Assembly (NCBI GenBank): GCA_030753015.1
Contig: JASMDC010000004.1
Coordinates: forward strand, 84,046-148,045
Direction of reading: 5' to 3'
Source: Candidatus Undinarchaeales archaeon
GTDB lineage: Archaea; SpSt-1190; JASMDC01
Length of the DNA: 64,000 nucleotides
Shown here: in pieces, positions 9,910 to 18,813 of the stretch
Numbering within the stretch: position 1 is the stretch's first letter
How the letters are laid out: each line of letters opens with the position of its first letter
Notes under the pieces: generated by a model
What the model saw: only the letters and a program-made list of their open reading frames with translations
Told to the model about the DNA's origin: nothing
The model's database searches: none
Position numbers and translations under genes: made by a program

Positions 9910-10125
9910 GCATATCCCTCCAATAACACGGTGATAGCGCCGGGGAGGTGCCCCGGTTTTTTAAAAGTTATCATCGAAACTTTGCATTTTAAAGATTATT
10001 CCGATATAAGTTTCAAAATAGAAACTCTCTCTTCGATTGAACGTTTATTTTGTCCTATCTATACCCATTATATCCTTCAGTTCATAGGTTTCAGACCATA
10101 ATTATAACAGGGGGATAATCTGCCC

Positions 10126-10325
10126 TCATATCACGATCATGTACTTCATCGTAAAGACCTCGACGAGGACGAGAAATGACGCGAGCTGGAATACAGGAAC
10201 GGGCTTCTCTCCACCAAGGAACGCGAGGATGGCGAGCGGGATGATCGATCCCAGAACGATATTGATCCAGATGAACTGGGTGCTCATGGCGCCCTCCGTG
10301 AGGAGTTTTACGGTTTCATCCCCAT
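10126..10325 (-). pseudogene. Remnant of a second NrfD/TtrC-type gene (C-terminal two TM helices only)
   Basis: GDETVKLLTEGAMSTQFIWINIVLGSIIPLAILAFLGGEK..FQLASFLVLVEVFTMKYMIVI aligns with the C-terminus of 8187..9212 (GQATAKLLTEGSMSTLYIGGQVVVGLLIPLAILVFIGGES..YQLVSLLVLIGVFAMKYVLII). Confidence 0.8.
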
Positions 10326-10362
10326 TATCTGGGCGGGGCCATGGCCACTTCTACCACACGTC

Positions 10363-11055
10363 CTACCTTATCTGGCACGATGCCACATATCCCCCCACGA
10401 CCTCCTTCATGACCCGCAGCTCATCCTCGCCGGGGCTCCTCGCGTCCATGAGGTCCGGATCGAGGAGCTTCGATGAAGGGCGGAATCCCTGGAGGAAGAA
10501 TCGTCGGGCCCCGCGGACCATGGCCCCCACTTCCATGAGGTCCCCCTCCTTGAGCTGGGACCCGACGACGGTGGTCCTGAACTCGTGGTCGATCCCCGAA
10601 TCGATGATCGTGGCGATGCTTCGAAGGACCCGGTCCTTGTCGATCCTTTTCCGGACGATCGATCCGTACCTGTCCAGGGGCCCTTTCACGTCCATGGCGA
10701 CATAGTCGACGAGCCCGGAGCTTATCACCCTCGCGAGCCTGTCCGGGAAGCTGCCGTTGGTGTCCAGCTTAACGAGATAGCCGAGCCTCTTGACCTTGTC
10801 GAGGAAGTCGTCGAGATCACGGTGTAGGAGGGGCTCGCCGCCCGTGACGGTGACGGCGTCGAGCTTCCCTCTTCGCTCTCCCAGGAAGGACAGGACTTCC
10901 GCTTCCGGGATGGGAGCGTGGAACCGTTCCGGGTCCACGAGCTCGGGATTGTGGCAATAACCGCATCTCAGATTGCACCCCTGGGTGAAAACGACGGCCG
11001 AGAGCTTGCCAGGGTACTCTATCAGCGAGAACCTCTGGAGGCCGGCGATCTTCAT
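10363..11055 (-). CDS. nrdG: Anaerobic ribonucleotide reductase activating enzyme (radical SAM)
   Basis: MKIAGLQRFSLIEYPG, GCNLRCGYCHN, TGGEP, KLDTNGS; directly downstream of nrdD. Confidence 0.92.
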   Translation of the reverse strand: MKIAGLQRFSLIEYPGKLSAVVFTQGCNLRCGYCHNPELVDPERFHAPIPEAEVLSFLGERRGKLDAVTVTGGEPLLHRDLDDFLDKVKRLGYLVKLDTNGSFPDRLARVISSGLVDYVAMDVKGPLDRYGSIVRKRIDKDRVLRSIATIIDSGIDHEFRTTVVGSQLKEGDLMEVGAMVRGARRFFLQGFRPSSKLLDPDLMDARSPGEDELRVMKEVVGGYVASCQIR

Positions 11056-11057
11056 GG

Positions 11058-13163
11058 TCACCCCTCCACGGCATACACGGTCCTCGTCCCGAACTCGGCT
11101 TTCTTTCCCTTGTTCCACTGACTCGTGGGCCTCAGGTACCCCACCACCCTCGAGAAGACCTCCGCTCTGCGCCCGCAGGTGGGACAAGTCTCATGCTCGC
11201 CTGCAAGATAGCCATGAGTGGGGCAGACGCTGAAAGTCGGGGTGAAGGTAATATAGGGTAGGCGGTAGTTCTCGCAGAGCCGTCGGACCAGGAGCTTGAC
11301 CGTGTCGGGGCTCAGGGGCATTTCACCTGCGAAGACGTGCAGGACCGTCCCCCCGGTGTACCGTGTCTGGAACTCGTCCTGCAGATCGAACGCCTCGAAC
11401 ACGTCGTCGGTGAAGTTCACGGGCAGGTGTGTGGAGTTGGTATAGAACGGCTCGGCCCCTTGGCCGTGGTGTTCCTCGTTGGCGCATATGATGGCGGGAT
11501 GCTTCTCCTTGTCGGCCTTGGCAAGCCTGTAGGACGCTCCCTCCGCAGGGGTGGCCTCGAGGTTGTAGTTGTTCCCCGTCTCCTCCTGGAACGTCACGAG
11601 CTTCTCCCTCATTGCGTCAAGGACCTTGAGCGTGAAGGCATGCCCGCGCTCGCTTGCGATGTTTTCTCCGAACAGGTTCAAGCAGGCCTCGTTCATCCCA
11701 ATGAGACCGATCGTCGAGAAGTGGTTCTTCCAGTATTCACCGAACCTTTCTTTGATATGGTCGAGGTAATGCTTCGTATATGGATAGAGGTCGTTCTCCG
11801 TGAACTTCTCCAGCGCCTTCCTCTTTATCTCAAGGCTCTCCCTGGCCAGGACCATCAGTGCGTCAAGGCGCTCCATGAACCCGTTCTCGTCATCGGCGAG
11901 AAAGCCGATCCTCGGCATGTTCAACGTGACCACACCGATGGAGCCTGTCAGTGGATTGGCGCCGAAGAGCGCGCCTCCCCTCTTCTCCAGGACCCGGTTG
12001 TCCAGTCGTAGCCGGCAGCACATCGAGCGGGCGTCCTCGGGACTCATATCGGAATTGATGAAGTTGGAGAAGTAGGGCACCCCGTACTTTGCCGTCATCT
12101 CCCACAATCCCTCCAACCGGGGATTTTCCCAGTCGAAATCCTTGGTGATGTTGTAGGTCGGGATCGGGAAGGTGAACACCCTCCCCTTGGCGTCCCCTTC
12201 CATCATCACTTCGAAGAGCGCTCTGTTGAAGATGTCCATCTCCTCTTGGAACTCCCGATAGGGCTCACTCTGCATGACGCCGCCGATAATGACGCCTTGA
12301 TCGGAATAGGCGCTCGGCACCGTCAGGTCCAGGGAAAGGTTCGTGAAAGGCGTCTGGAAACCCACTCTCGTGGGAACGTTCACGTTGAAGACGAACTCTT
12401 GGAGGCACTGCTTGACCTCTTTATAATTCAGCCCATCGTACCGTATGAAGGGGGCCAGGAGGGTGTCGAAATTGGATAGTGCCTGTGCACCAGCGGCCTC
12501 ACCTTGCAGCGTGTAGAAGAAGTTGACCACCTGTCCGAGAGCACTGCGAAAATGTCTAGCCGGATCGCTCTCCACCTTCCCCGGAACACCCCTGAATCCT
12601 TCCATCAGCAGTTGATGGAGGTCCCAGCCGACGCAGTAGACGGAGATGGTATTGAGATCATGGATGTGAAGGTCGCCGTTCACATGGGCCGCTCTCACCT
12701 CCGGCGGGTAGATGCTGTTCAACCAGTAGACCTTGCTGACCTCCGAGGATATGTAATTGTTCAATCCCTGCAATGAGAAGGCCATGTTGCTGTTCTCGTT
12801 GACCTTCCAATCGTTCAGCTCGAGATACTGGTCCACGAGGTCAACTCCTGCCTTCTCTGCGATCTCCCGCATCCGTGCATGTTGCTCTCGGTACAGGATG
12901 TACGCTTTGGCCGTCATGCGGTAGGGGGATGACAGCAGCACCTCCTCGACGACGTCCTGCACCTCTTCCACCGTCGGGACCTTGTGGGTGATCACCTGCT
13001 GGACAAGGCTCAGGACCTTCAGCGTAAGCCGCTTGGCGACCACCTCGTCGAACTCGCCCGTGGCCTCCCCGGCCCGCCGGATGGCGACCGTTATCTTTGC
13101 AGGATCGAACTTCCGGATCTTCCCGTCCCTCTTCCTAATTCTCTTGAATACATGGGGGGCCAT
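11058..13163 (-). CDS. nrdD: Class III (anaerobic) ribonucleoside-triphosphate reductase
   Basis: N-terminal ATP cone (IRKRDG..FDPAKI), YCVGW, RSMCCRL, EATPAEG, C-terminal CxxH..CxxC and glycyl-radical SRVVGYL. Confidence 0.95.
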   Translation of the reverse strand: MAPHVFKRIRKRDGKIRKFDPAKITVAIRRAGEATGEFDEVVAKRLTLKVLSLVQQVITHKVPTVEEVQDVVEEVLLSSPYRMTAKAYILYREQHARMREIAEKAGVDLVDQYLELNDWKVNENSNMAFSLQGLNNYISSEVSKVYWLNSIYPPEVRAAHVNGDLHIHDLNTISVYCVGWDLHQLLMEGFRGVPGKVESDPARHFRSALGQVVNFFYTLQGEAAGAQALSNFDTLLAPFIRYDGLNYKEVKQCLQEFVFNVNVPTRVGFQTPFTNLSLDLTVPSAYSDQGVIIGGVMQSEPYREFQEEMDIFNRALFEVMMEGDAKGRVFTFPIPTYNITKDFDWENPRLEGLWEMTAKYGVPYFSNFINSDMSPEDARSMCCRLRLDNRVLEKRGGALFGANPLTGSIGVVTLNMPRIGFLADDENGFMERLDALMVLARESLEIKRKALEKFTENDLYPYTKHYLDHIKERFGEYWKNHFSTIGLIGMNEACLNLFGENIASERGHAFTLKVLDAMREKLVTFQEETGNNYNLEATPAEGASYRLAKADKEKHPAIICANEEHHGQGAEPFYTNSTHLPVNFTDDVFEAFDLQDEFQTRYTGGTVLHVFAGEMPLSPDTVKLLVRRLCENYRLPYITFTPTFSVCPTHGYLAGEHETCPTCGRRAEVFSRVVGYLRPTSQWNKGKKAEFGTRTVYAVEG

Positions 13164-13770
13164 TACAATCTTCCTCTAATCCCAAGGAATCGGGGATGAG
13201 TTCCGCCCGGGGGTGGGGGTGGGTGGAAATGTCCTTCTTCGAAGGGGATAAAGATACAATAATTGATTCTTTATATTTCCATGCTTGGGGTTGTTGAGTT
13301 GCCATTCTTCACCTGCGGAAATCGTGTTTGATTGGGCTGCGGGTCATCGGTTTTCAGAGTCTTTATAAACGTCACGGCCGCGTGTTAAGGTATCCCTATT
13401 GATACTATTTATTTAATAGTTATCGGGATTCTGTCGATTTTACATTCCCTGCGGCCGAGGCCGGCTGATTCATGGAGATTTTGATGGAATGGACCGCTCC
13501 CACGTTCCCACTGGGTTTGCAGTGGCCCAGTTAATGTGATCTCCGAGAGCGGCGCCTTTAGAGTCATTACATTGGATTTGAGGTAGATGAAGGCGTCCCA
13601 TGAATCACTCTCAATGAGCGTCGCCTCTTTATTCCACCAGATGAAGGCCCTTGAGCATCCCTCCGGACAATAGTAGGCGGTTCAACGTTATATACAAAAG
13701 GAGGGTGGCATGCCGGTACTCAGGTGGATCTCGTACCTTTCGGATTTGGTTCCCCCCCGGGAAACACGAT

Positions 13771-14157
13771 ATTCATCCTACCCATGAATTTGTGGGCTTT
13801 CTAGATGCTCCGCCACTAGGCTGCAACGGCCAGGGCGGAGCTGGTCGAGGTGGAACCGAGGAACACGTCACGGATGTGCAGCCTGTGCGGGAACATCGTT
13901 CCCAGGGCGCGGATCAGCGCCCATCGGTGCCCGCATTGTGGGTCTGAGGAGCATTAGGACGTGAACGTCGCAGTGAACATTCTCGCAGAAACTAGGGCTG
14001 GACGAGCCCGAAGTCATGCCTGTGGAGATCCTGCCTCTACTCCCTCCCTGAACGCGGGGGCTAGCGGAGTCGACGAAACTGGAACTATACGCGGTTGTCC
14101 GCACGCCCGTGTGGTCACCGCTGGAAGCCCGTGGATTTATCCACGGGAGGATGTCAC
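13771..14157 (+). mobile_element. Decayed IS200/IS605-family element: tnpB 3' fragment, omegaRNA-like region and right end
   Basis: Frame from 13820 reads ELVEVEPRNTSRMCSLCG..HRCPHCGSEEH*DVNVAVNIL (TnpB Zn ribbon and RuvC-III, with TAG at 13955). It is followed by GCCTGTGGAGA..GGAACTATAC..GAAGCCCGTGGATTTATCCACGGGAGGATGTCAC (end hairpin, ending 14157). An inverted end-like motif ATTCATCC..GTGGGCTTTCT lies at 13771. Confidence 0.85.
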
Positions 14158-14264
14158 CTACAGTTTGACTTCAACGGCCCTTTGCGTCGGAATTCCTGCA
14201 TCGTATCCTGGCGCTCATGGGATGCCAATGTCGGGAGGCCCGGTCGCCCATGCGACTCCTACCA

Positions 14265-15512
14265 TCATTCCTGCTCGTGTTCGCACACGTCTCTGACGTC
14301 GTCCTGGGACAACGCCCGCCGCAGCTGCGCCGTGAGCACGGGTATCACCTCGTTCACGTCCCCCACGATACCGAAGTCGGTGTGGTCGAAGATGGGGGCC
14401 TCCGGATCGTTGTTGATGGCCACGATGACCTCCGATGTCTGCATGCCCGCCATGTGCTGGACGGCACCGGAGATGCCGCAGGCGATGTAGAGCCGTGGGC
14501 TGACTGTCCTGCCGCTCAGTCCGACCTGATGTGCGTGATCGGTCCAACCCTCGTCCACCAGCGGCCGGCTCACGCCAACCACGCCCCCCAGGAGATCCGC
14601 AAGCTCCCGGAGCATCAACAGTCCCTTCCGGTCACCAAGACCGCGCCCGCCGGCGACGACCACATCGGCGTCGACGATGCTCTCCTCCCGTACACCACAG
14701 ACGATGTCAAGGACACGGATGCGCTCGGTGAGGCCGGACAGGTCGGACACCTGACGCGCGATGTCGCCCTCGTGATGGGGGTTCGACAGCGGCCTGGGGA
14801 AGGTGCGCGGGCGCACGGTGGCCATCTGCGGCCGGCTGTCAGGGCAGACGATGGTGGCCATGACGTTGCCGCCGAAGGCGGGGCGCGTCTGGAGAAGGAG
14901 CCGTCGTCCCTCGTGCTCGCCAATTGCCAGACCGGTGCAGTCGGCCGTCAGTCCCGTTCGCAGTCGCACCGCCAGACGCGGGCCCAGGGATCTACCCAGG
15001 GAGGTGGCGCCGATCAGCAGGATGCTCGGACACACCTCGCCTACGAGCCCGGCCATCGCCGCTGTGAGGGCTTCCACGCGGGGATTGGTGAGGCAAGGGT
15101 CGTCGAGCAGAAGGACGCGGTCGGCCCCCGACATCACCAGGGAGCTGGCCAGTCCTTCATCAACTGGTCCCGGCAGGGCGCACACCAGAGGCTCGGCCAG
15201 CTCGTCGGCCAGCTCCCGGCCCTTGCTCAGGAGCTCGAAGGCAACGTCCCGCACGGCATCACCATCGCGCTCGGCGAATACCATGACACCACATCCTTCG
15301 TCAGGTCCCCGGCGCGGGACGGCCTCGCGAAGGATGAGCGCCACCTCGGGACAGGCTTTGATGCACGCACCGCACAGGCGGCAGCTATCGTCGATGACGG
15401 GGTACGGATCCAGCAAGACCGAGCCGAAGGGGCAGACGTCGCGACACACGCCGCATCGCGAGCACCGGTCGCGGTCCAGATCGATGGCGCCCTGATCCCT
15501 TTTGCCGCTCAT
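14265..15512 (-). CDS. etfA: Electron transfer flavoprotein alpha subunit with an N-terminal 2x[4Fe-4S] ferredoxin domain (CarE/LctC-like)
   Basis: CSRCGVCRDVCP and CRLCGACIKACP; TGLTADCT, RPAFGGN, RPQMATVRP, QVGLSGRTV, GISGAVQH. ATG at 15512 overlaps the etfB TGA. Confidence 0.92.
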   Translation of the reverse strand: MSGKRDQGAIDLDRDRCSRCGVCRDVCPFGSVLLDPYPVIDDSCRLCGACIKACPEVALILREAVPRRGPDEGCGVMVFAERDGDAVRDVAFELLSKGRELADELAEPLVCALPGPVDEGLASSLVMSGADRVLLLDDPCLTNPRVEALTAAMAGLVGEVCPSILLIGATSLGRSLGPRLAVRLRTGLTADCTGLAIGEHEGRRLLLQTRPAFGGNVMATIVCPDSRPQMATVRPRTFPRPLSNPHHEGDIARQVSDLSGLTERIRVLDIVCGVREESIVDADVVVAGGRGLGDRKGLLMLRELADLLGGVVGVSRPLVDEGWTDHAHQVGLSGRTVSPRLYIACGISGAVQHMAGMQTSEVIVAINNDPEAPIFDHTDFGIVGDVNEVIPVLTAQLRRALSQDDVRDVCEHEQE

Positions 15513-16339
15513 AGGCCGCCATCCCCTACGATGCGCTGTTCGAGGAGCACCTGGACGAGCCCGGAGACCGCGTCCTCGGGATCCCCGTCGAACACCCTGC
15601 CCCGTGCCCGCTTCGGCGGCGGGAACACACGTACTACGCGGGTCGGTGAGCCCGCGAGGCCCAGGCGCCGGATGTCCACGTCGAGGTCCTTGGCCGTCAG
15701 TACCTTGAAGGATCGCTCCCGGGCCGCCATCCATTGTTCGAGGTCGGGCATCCGCGGCTCATTGATCCCCTTGACGACGGTGACGAGGCAGGGGAGGTCC
15801 ACCACGAGCGTCTCGACCCGAAGGTCCAGCTCCCGCTCCACGGTGAGCGCCCCTTCATCCGGCCCCGAGACGGACGTGACATAGCACACGTGGGGTATCG
15901 CCAGGAGCTCGGCCAGTCCCGGCCCCACCTGACCAGTGTCCCCGTCGGTCGTCTTGGTACCGCAGAGGATCAGGTCGAACCGGCCGCACGCCGCCACACC
16001 TCGGGCGAGCGTGTAGGATGTAGCGAGGGTGTCAGCGCCGGCGAAGGCCCGGTCGGAGAGGAGCACAGCGCGATCGCAGCCTAGGGCCAGCGCGTACCGT
16101 AGAGCGTGCTCTGCCTGGGGCGGGCCCATGCTCAGCGCGGTCACCTCAGCGCTGCACCCCGTGGCCGCCAACCGCCCGCGTATGCGCACCGCTTCCTCGA
16201 GTGCATAGAGGTCGAAAGGGTTGAGCTGCGAGGCGACACCGGTGCGCTTCAGCGTCCCCGTCCCCTCGTCGGTCTCCACCGTCTCGGAGGCCGGCACCTG
16301 CTTGACACAGACAATGATGGAGAACGTATCGCCGGTCAC
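15509..16339 (-). CDS. etfB: Electron transfer flavoprotein beta subunit, bifurcating-type motifs
   Basis: CVKQVP, NPFD, DRAFAGADTLAT, DGDTGQVGP, GLAGSPTRV. GTG start overlaps the upstream TGA (GTGA). Confidence 0.92.
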   Translation of the reverse strand: MTGDTFSIIVCVKQVPASETVETDEGTGTLKRTGVASQLNPFDLYALEEAVRIRGRLAATGCSAEVTALSMGPPQAEHALRYALALGCDRAVLLSDRAFAGADTLATSYTLARGVAACGRFDLILCGTKTTDGDTGQVGPGLAELLAIPHVCYVTSVSGPDEGALTVERELDLRVETLVVDLPCLVTVVKGINEPRMPDLEQWMAARERSFKVLTAKDLDVDIRRLGLAGSPTRVVRVFPPPKRARGRVFDGDPEDAVSGLVQVLLEQRIVGDGGL

Positions 16340-18813
16340 GCGAGCACCTCCACCCGAGGGACGACCTTGCGGTACACCGCCTGCGGCGGGCAAAGGCGTC
16401 CGTCCACCGTGAGGAGCTCGCGCAGCGCAATGCCGAACAGCCGCTCGTTCTCCTCGAGGTAGGGTCTGATGAGCTCCCAGTCGTCGGCGGAGAGCTCGGT
16501 GAAGACGCCTCCGTTGAGCTGGCCCTCATCCAGCTGACTACGAGGATCGCGGATGTAGAGCGCGCCACCCGACGCGAGCGAGAACAGGTTCCCGCCGGAG
16601 AAGGGGGTGTCAAGCTCGTGCAGGGTGCCGTCTGGGAGGGCCGCAACGCCGTTGAGCACGGCGAAGCCGCCACCGGCAAGCGGATCGCCCGCCATGAAGC
16701 TCTCAGCCAGGTAGTCGAGGCAGGTGCCGTTGATGACCACCCGCGGACCCCCCACGGCGTTGATAAGGGGACGGCCCGCGGCGTTGCCCCGCACGTAGAC
16801 CTCGCCGCCCTTGGCGCCGTAGAGGAAGGTCTGTCCCACGTCCCCGTGGACCACCAGGCGTCCCGCGGCGAGGATCTGGCCCAACTGGTCCTGGCCATCG
16901 GCGTGGACGCGGACCTCGCCGTTCATGAGACCTGAGCCCAGGTAGTCGCCGGGGCTGCCGTACACGTCGATGATCACCGGCTCCTCCTGCCCCAAGAGCC
17001 CGCACCCCACGAACCGCTGGCCGCACAGGTCGAAGGCGATGATGTGCCGCCATCCGGCACGATAGGCGTCCACGATGGACCGGGAGAGGGAGTCTGGGCC
17101 CTCCATGGGATATCCCCTGCCGCGCACCACGAGGGTGGCTCCGGAGCCGGGTGGCGAGGGAACAGGGCCCGTCCCCGCGTGGCGGTGAAGCCCGCCCACG
17201 TCAGGTCCGGGGAGCACCATGGTGCGGAGGAGGAGGTCGTTGATCGCGCTCTCGATGAGCGTCCGACGCCATCCTGGTGAGACGTGCGGCGTGTCTACCC
17301 CGCGGTCCAGGAGCAGGGTGAGGAGCCCGAGCACGGTCCGGGGTCCAGGTCCTTCGGTGTCGTGGGCACTCGCGGCGAGCCCGCTCAGCAGGCCGCGCAG
17401 TCCGTCACTGGTCGCCCCTGCAAGCAGCGGGCGGAGCCACAAGAAGGCGCTTTCGACCCCGTTGCGTGCGAGGTGGGCCATCACCGTGTCCGCTGACGGG
17501 ATGGATCCGTTACGGGAGGAGGGCGTTGCTCGCGGACAGTCCACCTCACCACCGTACTTGTCGCGGCATACGAGCAGGCCGTCCTCCAGGGAGAACGCGA
17601 AGGCGCCACCATCGGTGTGGCTCCCGCCCCGGGCGTTCCAGTACAGGTCCGCCCGCGTCGGCACACCTGATCGCTCGCCGTGGATGTTCTCCAGCACGGC
17701 GTCGATGGCCTGCTTCTCGCTGGCGACGAGCCCGATATCCAGCTCCCCCCGCTGGAGGGCGAACACCTGGGGGCGGAGCATGGAGGTATCGGTGATGCCC
17801 ACCAGCTGCAGCAGGCCCCGGTCCGGCTTGGCGCGCCCGATGATGAAGAACCACGGGCCGTCGGGCGAGCCATGGATGTGGGTGCGCTGGATGGCTGCGT
17901 ACACCTCCTGCTTCCCTTCGGGCAGCATGAGGAAGTCACGCTCGGTGGTGGGGGCGAGCGCCTCGATGATGTACTCTAGCGGGTAGCCATACACTCTGTC
18001 CAGCAGGTCGAAGAGCTGGACGGACACCTCGGTGTCCGTGAGGAACAGGGGCGTCATCCCGTGCTGTCCCAGATAGTCGCGCACGCTCTGGTAGTTGGCG
18101 AAGTCACCGTTGTGCACTAGCGCCTCGTTGAGGCCAATGAAGGGGTGGGCGCCACCGGGGTGCCAGACCCTGCCCTTGGTTGGGTAGCGCTGGTGGGCGA
18201 TCCAGAGTCGGGCGTGAAGGTCGCCCAGGCGGTAGTTGGTGATTACCTGCTCGGCGAACCCGACTATCTTGAACACCAGAAGGTCCCGCCCGTGACAGAG
18301 CACGAAGGCCTGCGGGTCCGGGCGGTCAGTGTAGTAGGCGGTGTTGAGGGCGAAGGAGTTGGCGTGGACGAAGGCGTCCTCCTGCGAACGGCGGTCCAGG
18401 TCCGCAAACCCCCGCTCCGCGACGAACGCAGCCAGCTGCTCCTCCCGTGGTCGACAGAAGTACCGCCACACCTCGGGAGGCGGCACCTCCAGCCCCGGGA
18501 CGTCATGCCAGTCATCGATGGCAGGCACCCGTTCGGACCGGGCCACTGCAAACGGCCCGAGGACGTGCCGGTCCTCGACCTCCTCCCGGCACTCTGGATC
18601 CAGGTAGGCCACCTGGACGAGGTAGTGGGAGCGCAGAACCTCGGGCGACACTCCCAGCTGTGCCGGATCGAGGCCGGCGGCCACGATACCACCGCCCTTA
18701 CCGTTACCGCGGTTGTTCATCTGTCGGGCGGCCGCCTCCAGGTGCCGTCCGGCCACGGGCTCGGAGGCCAGGAACCCCACGACCCCGCATCCGCCCTCGG
18801 CCGGCTGTCTCAA
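16336..18813 (-). CDS. Glutamate synthase subunit: class II glutamine amidotransferase fused to a GXGXG domain
   Basis: GGAGGTGA RBS then TTG start (MRQPAEGG-CGVVG, Ntn catalytic Cys); HQRYPT, HPF, HNGD, TDTE; C-terminal GXGXG beta-helix (GDYLGSG, GDVGQTFLYGAKGG). Confidence 0.87.
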   Translation of the reverse strand: MRQPAEGGCGVVGFLASEPVAGRHLEAAARQMNNRGNGKGGGIVAAGLDPAQLGVSPEVLRSHYLVQVAYLDPECREEVEDRHVLGPFAVARSERVPAIDDWHDVPGLEVPPPEVWRYFCRPREEQLAAFVAERGFADLDRRSQEDAFVHANSFALNTAYYTDRPDPQAFVLCHGRDLLVFKIVGFAEQVITNYRLGDLHARLWIAHQRYPTKGRVWHPGGAHPFIGLNEALVHNGDFANYQSVRDYLGQHGMTPLFLTDTEVSVQLFDLLDRVYGYPLEYIIEALAPTTERDFLMLPEGKQEVYAAIQRTHIHGSPDGPWFFIIGRAKPDRGLLQLVGITDTSMLRPQVFALQRGELDIGLVASEKQAIDAVLENIHGERSGVPTRADLYWNARGGSHTDGGAFAFSLEDGLLVCRDKYGGEVDCPRATPSSRNGSIPSADTVMAHLARNGVESAFLWLRPLLAGATSDGLRGLLSGLAASAHDTEGPGPRTVLGLLTLLLDRGVDTPHVSPGWRRTLIESAINDLLLRTMVLPGPDVGGLHRHAGTGPVPSPPGSGATLVVRGRGYPMEGPDSLSRSIVDAYRAGWRHIIAFDLCGQRFVGCGLLGQEEPVIIDVYGSPGDYLGSGLMNGEVRVHADGQDQLGQILAAGRLVVHGDVGQTFLYGAKGGEVYVRGNAAGRPLINAVGGPRVVINGTCLDYLAESFMAGDPLAGGGFAVLNGVAALPDGTLHELDTPFSGGNLFSLASGGALYIRDPRSQLDEGQLNGGVFTELSADDWELIRPYLEENERLFGIALRELLTVDGRLCPPQAVYRKVVPRVEVLA

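Noticed and set aside
13164-13420. Cobalamin riboswitch or G-quadruplex upstream of nrdD
   Set aside because: No B12-box motifs are recognisable. The G-run at about 13191-13225 is on the template strand and has no other support.
13955-13957. In-frame TAG as pyrrolysine readthrough
   Set aside because: It lies in a truncated tnpB fragment lacking most of the gene; a simple nonsense mutation explains it.
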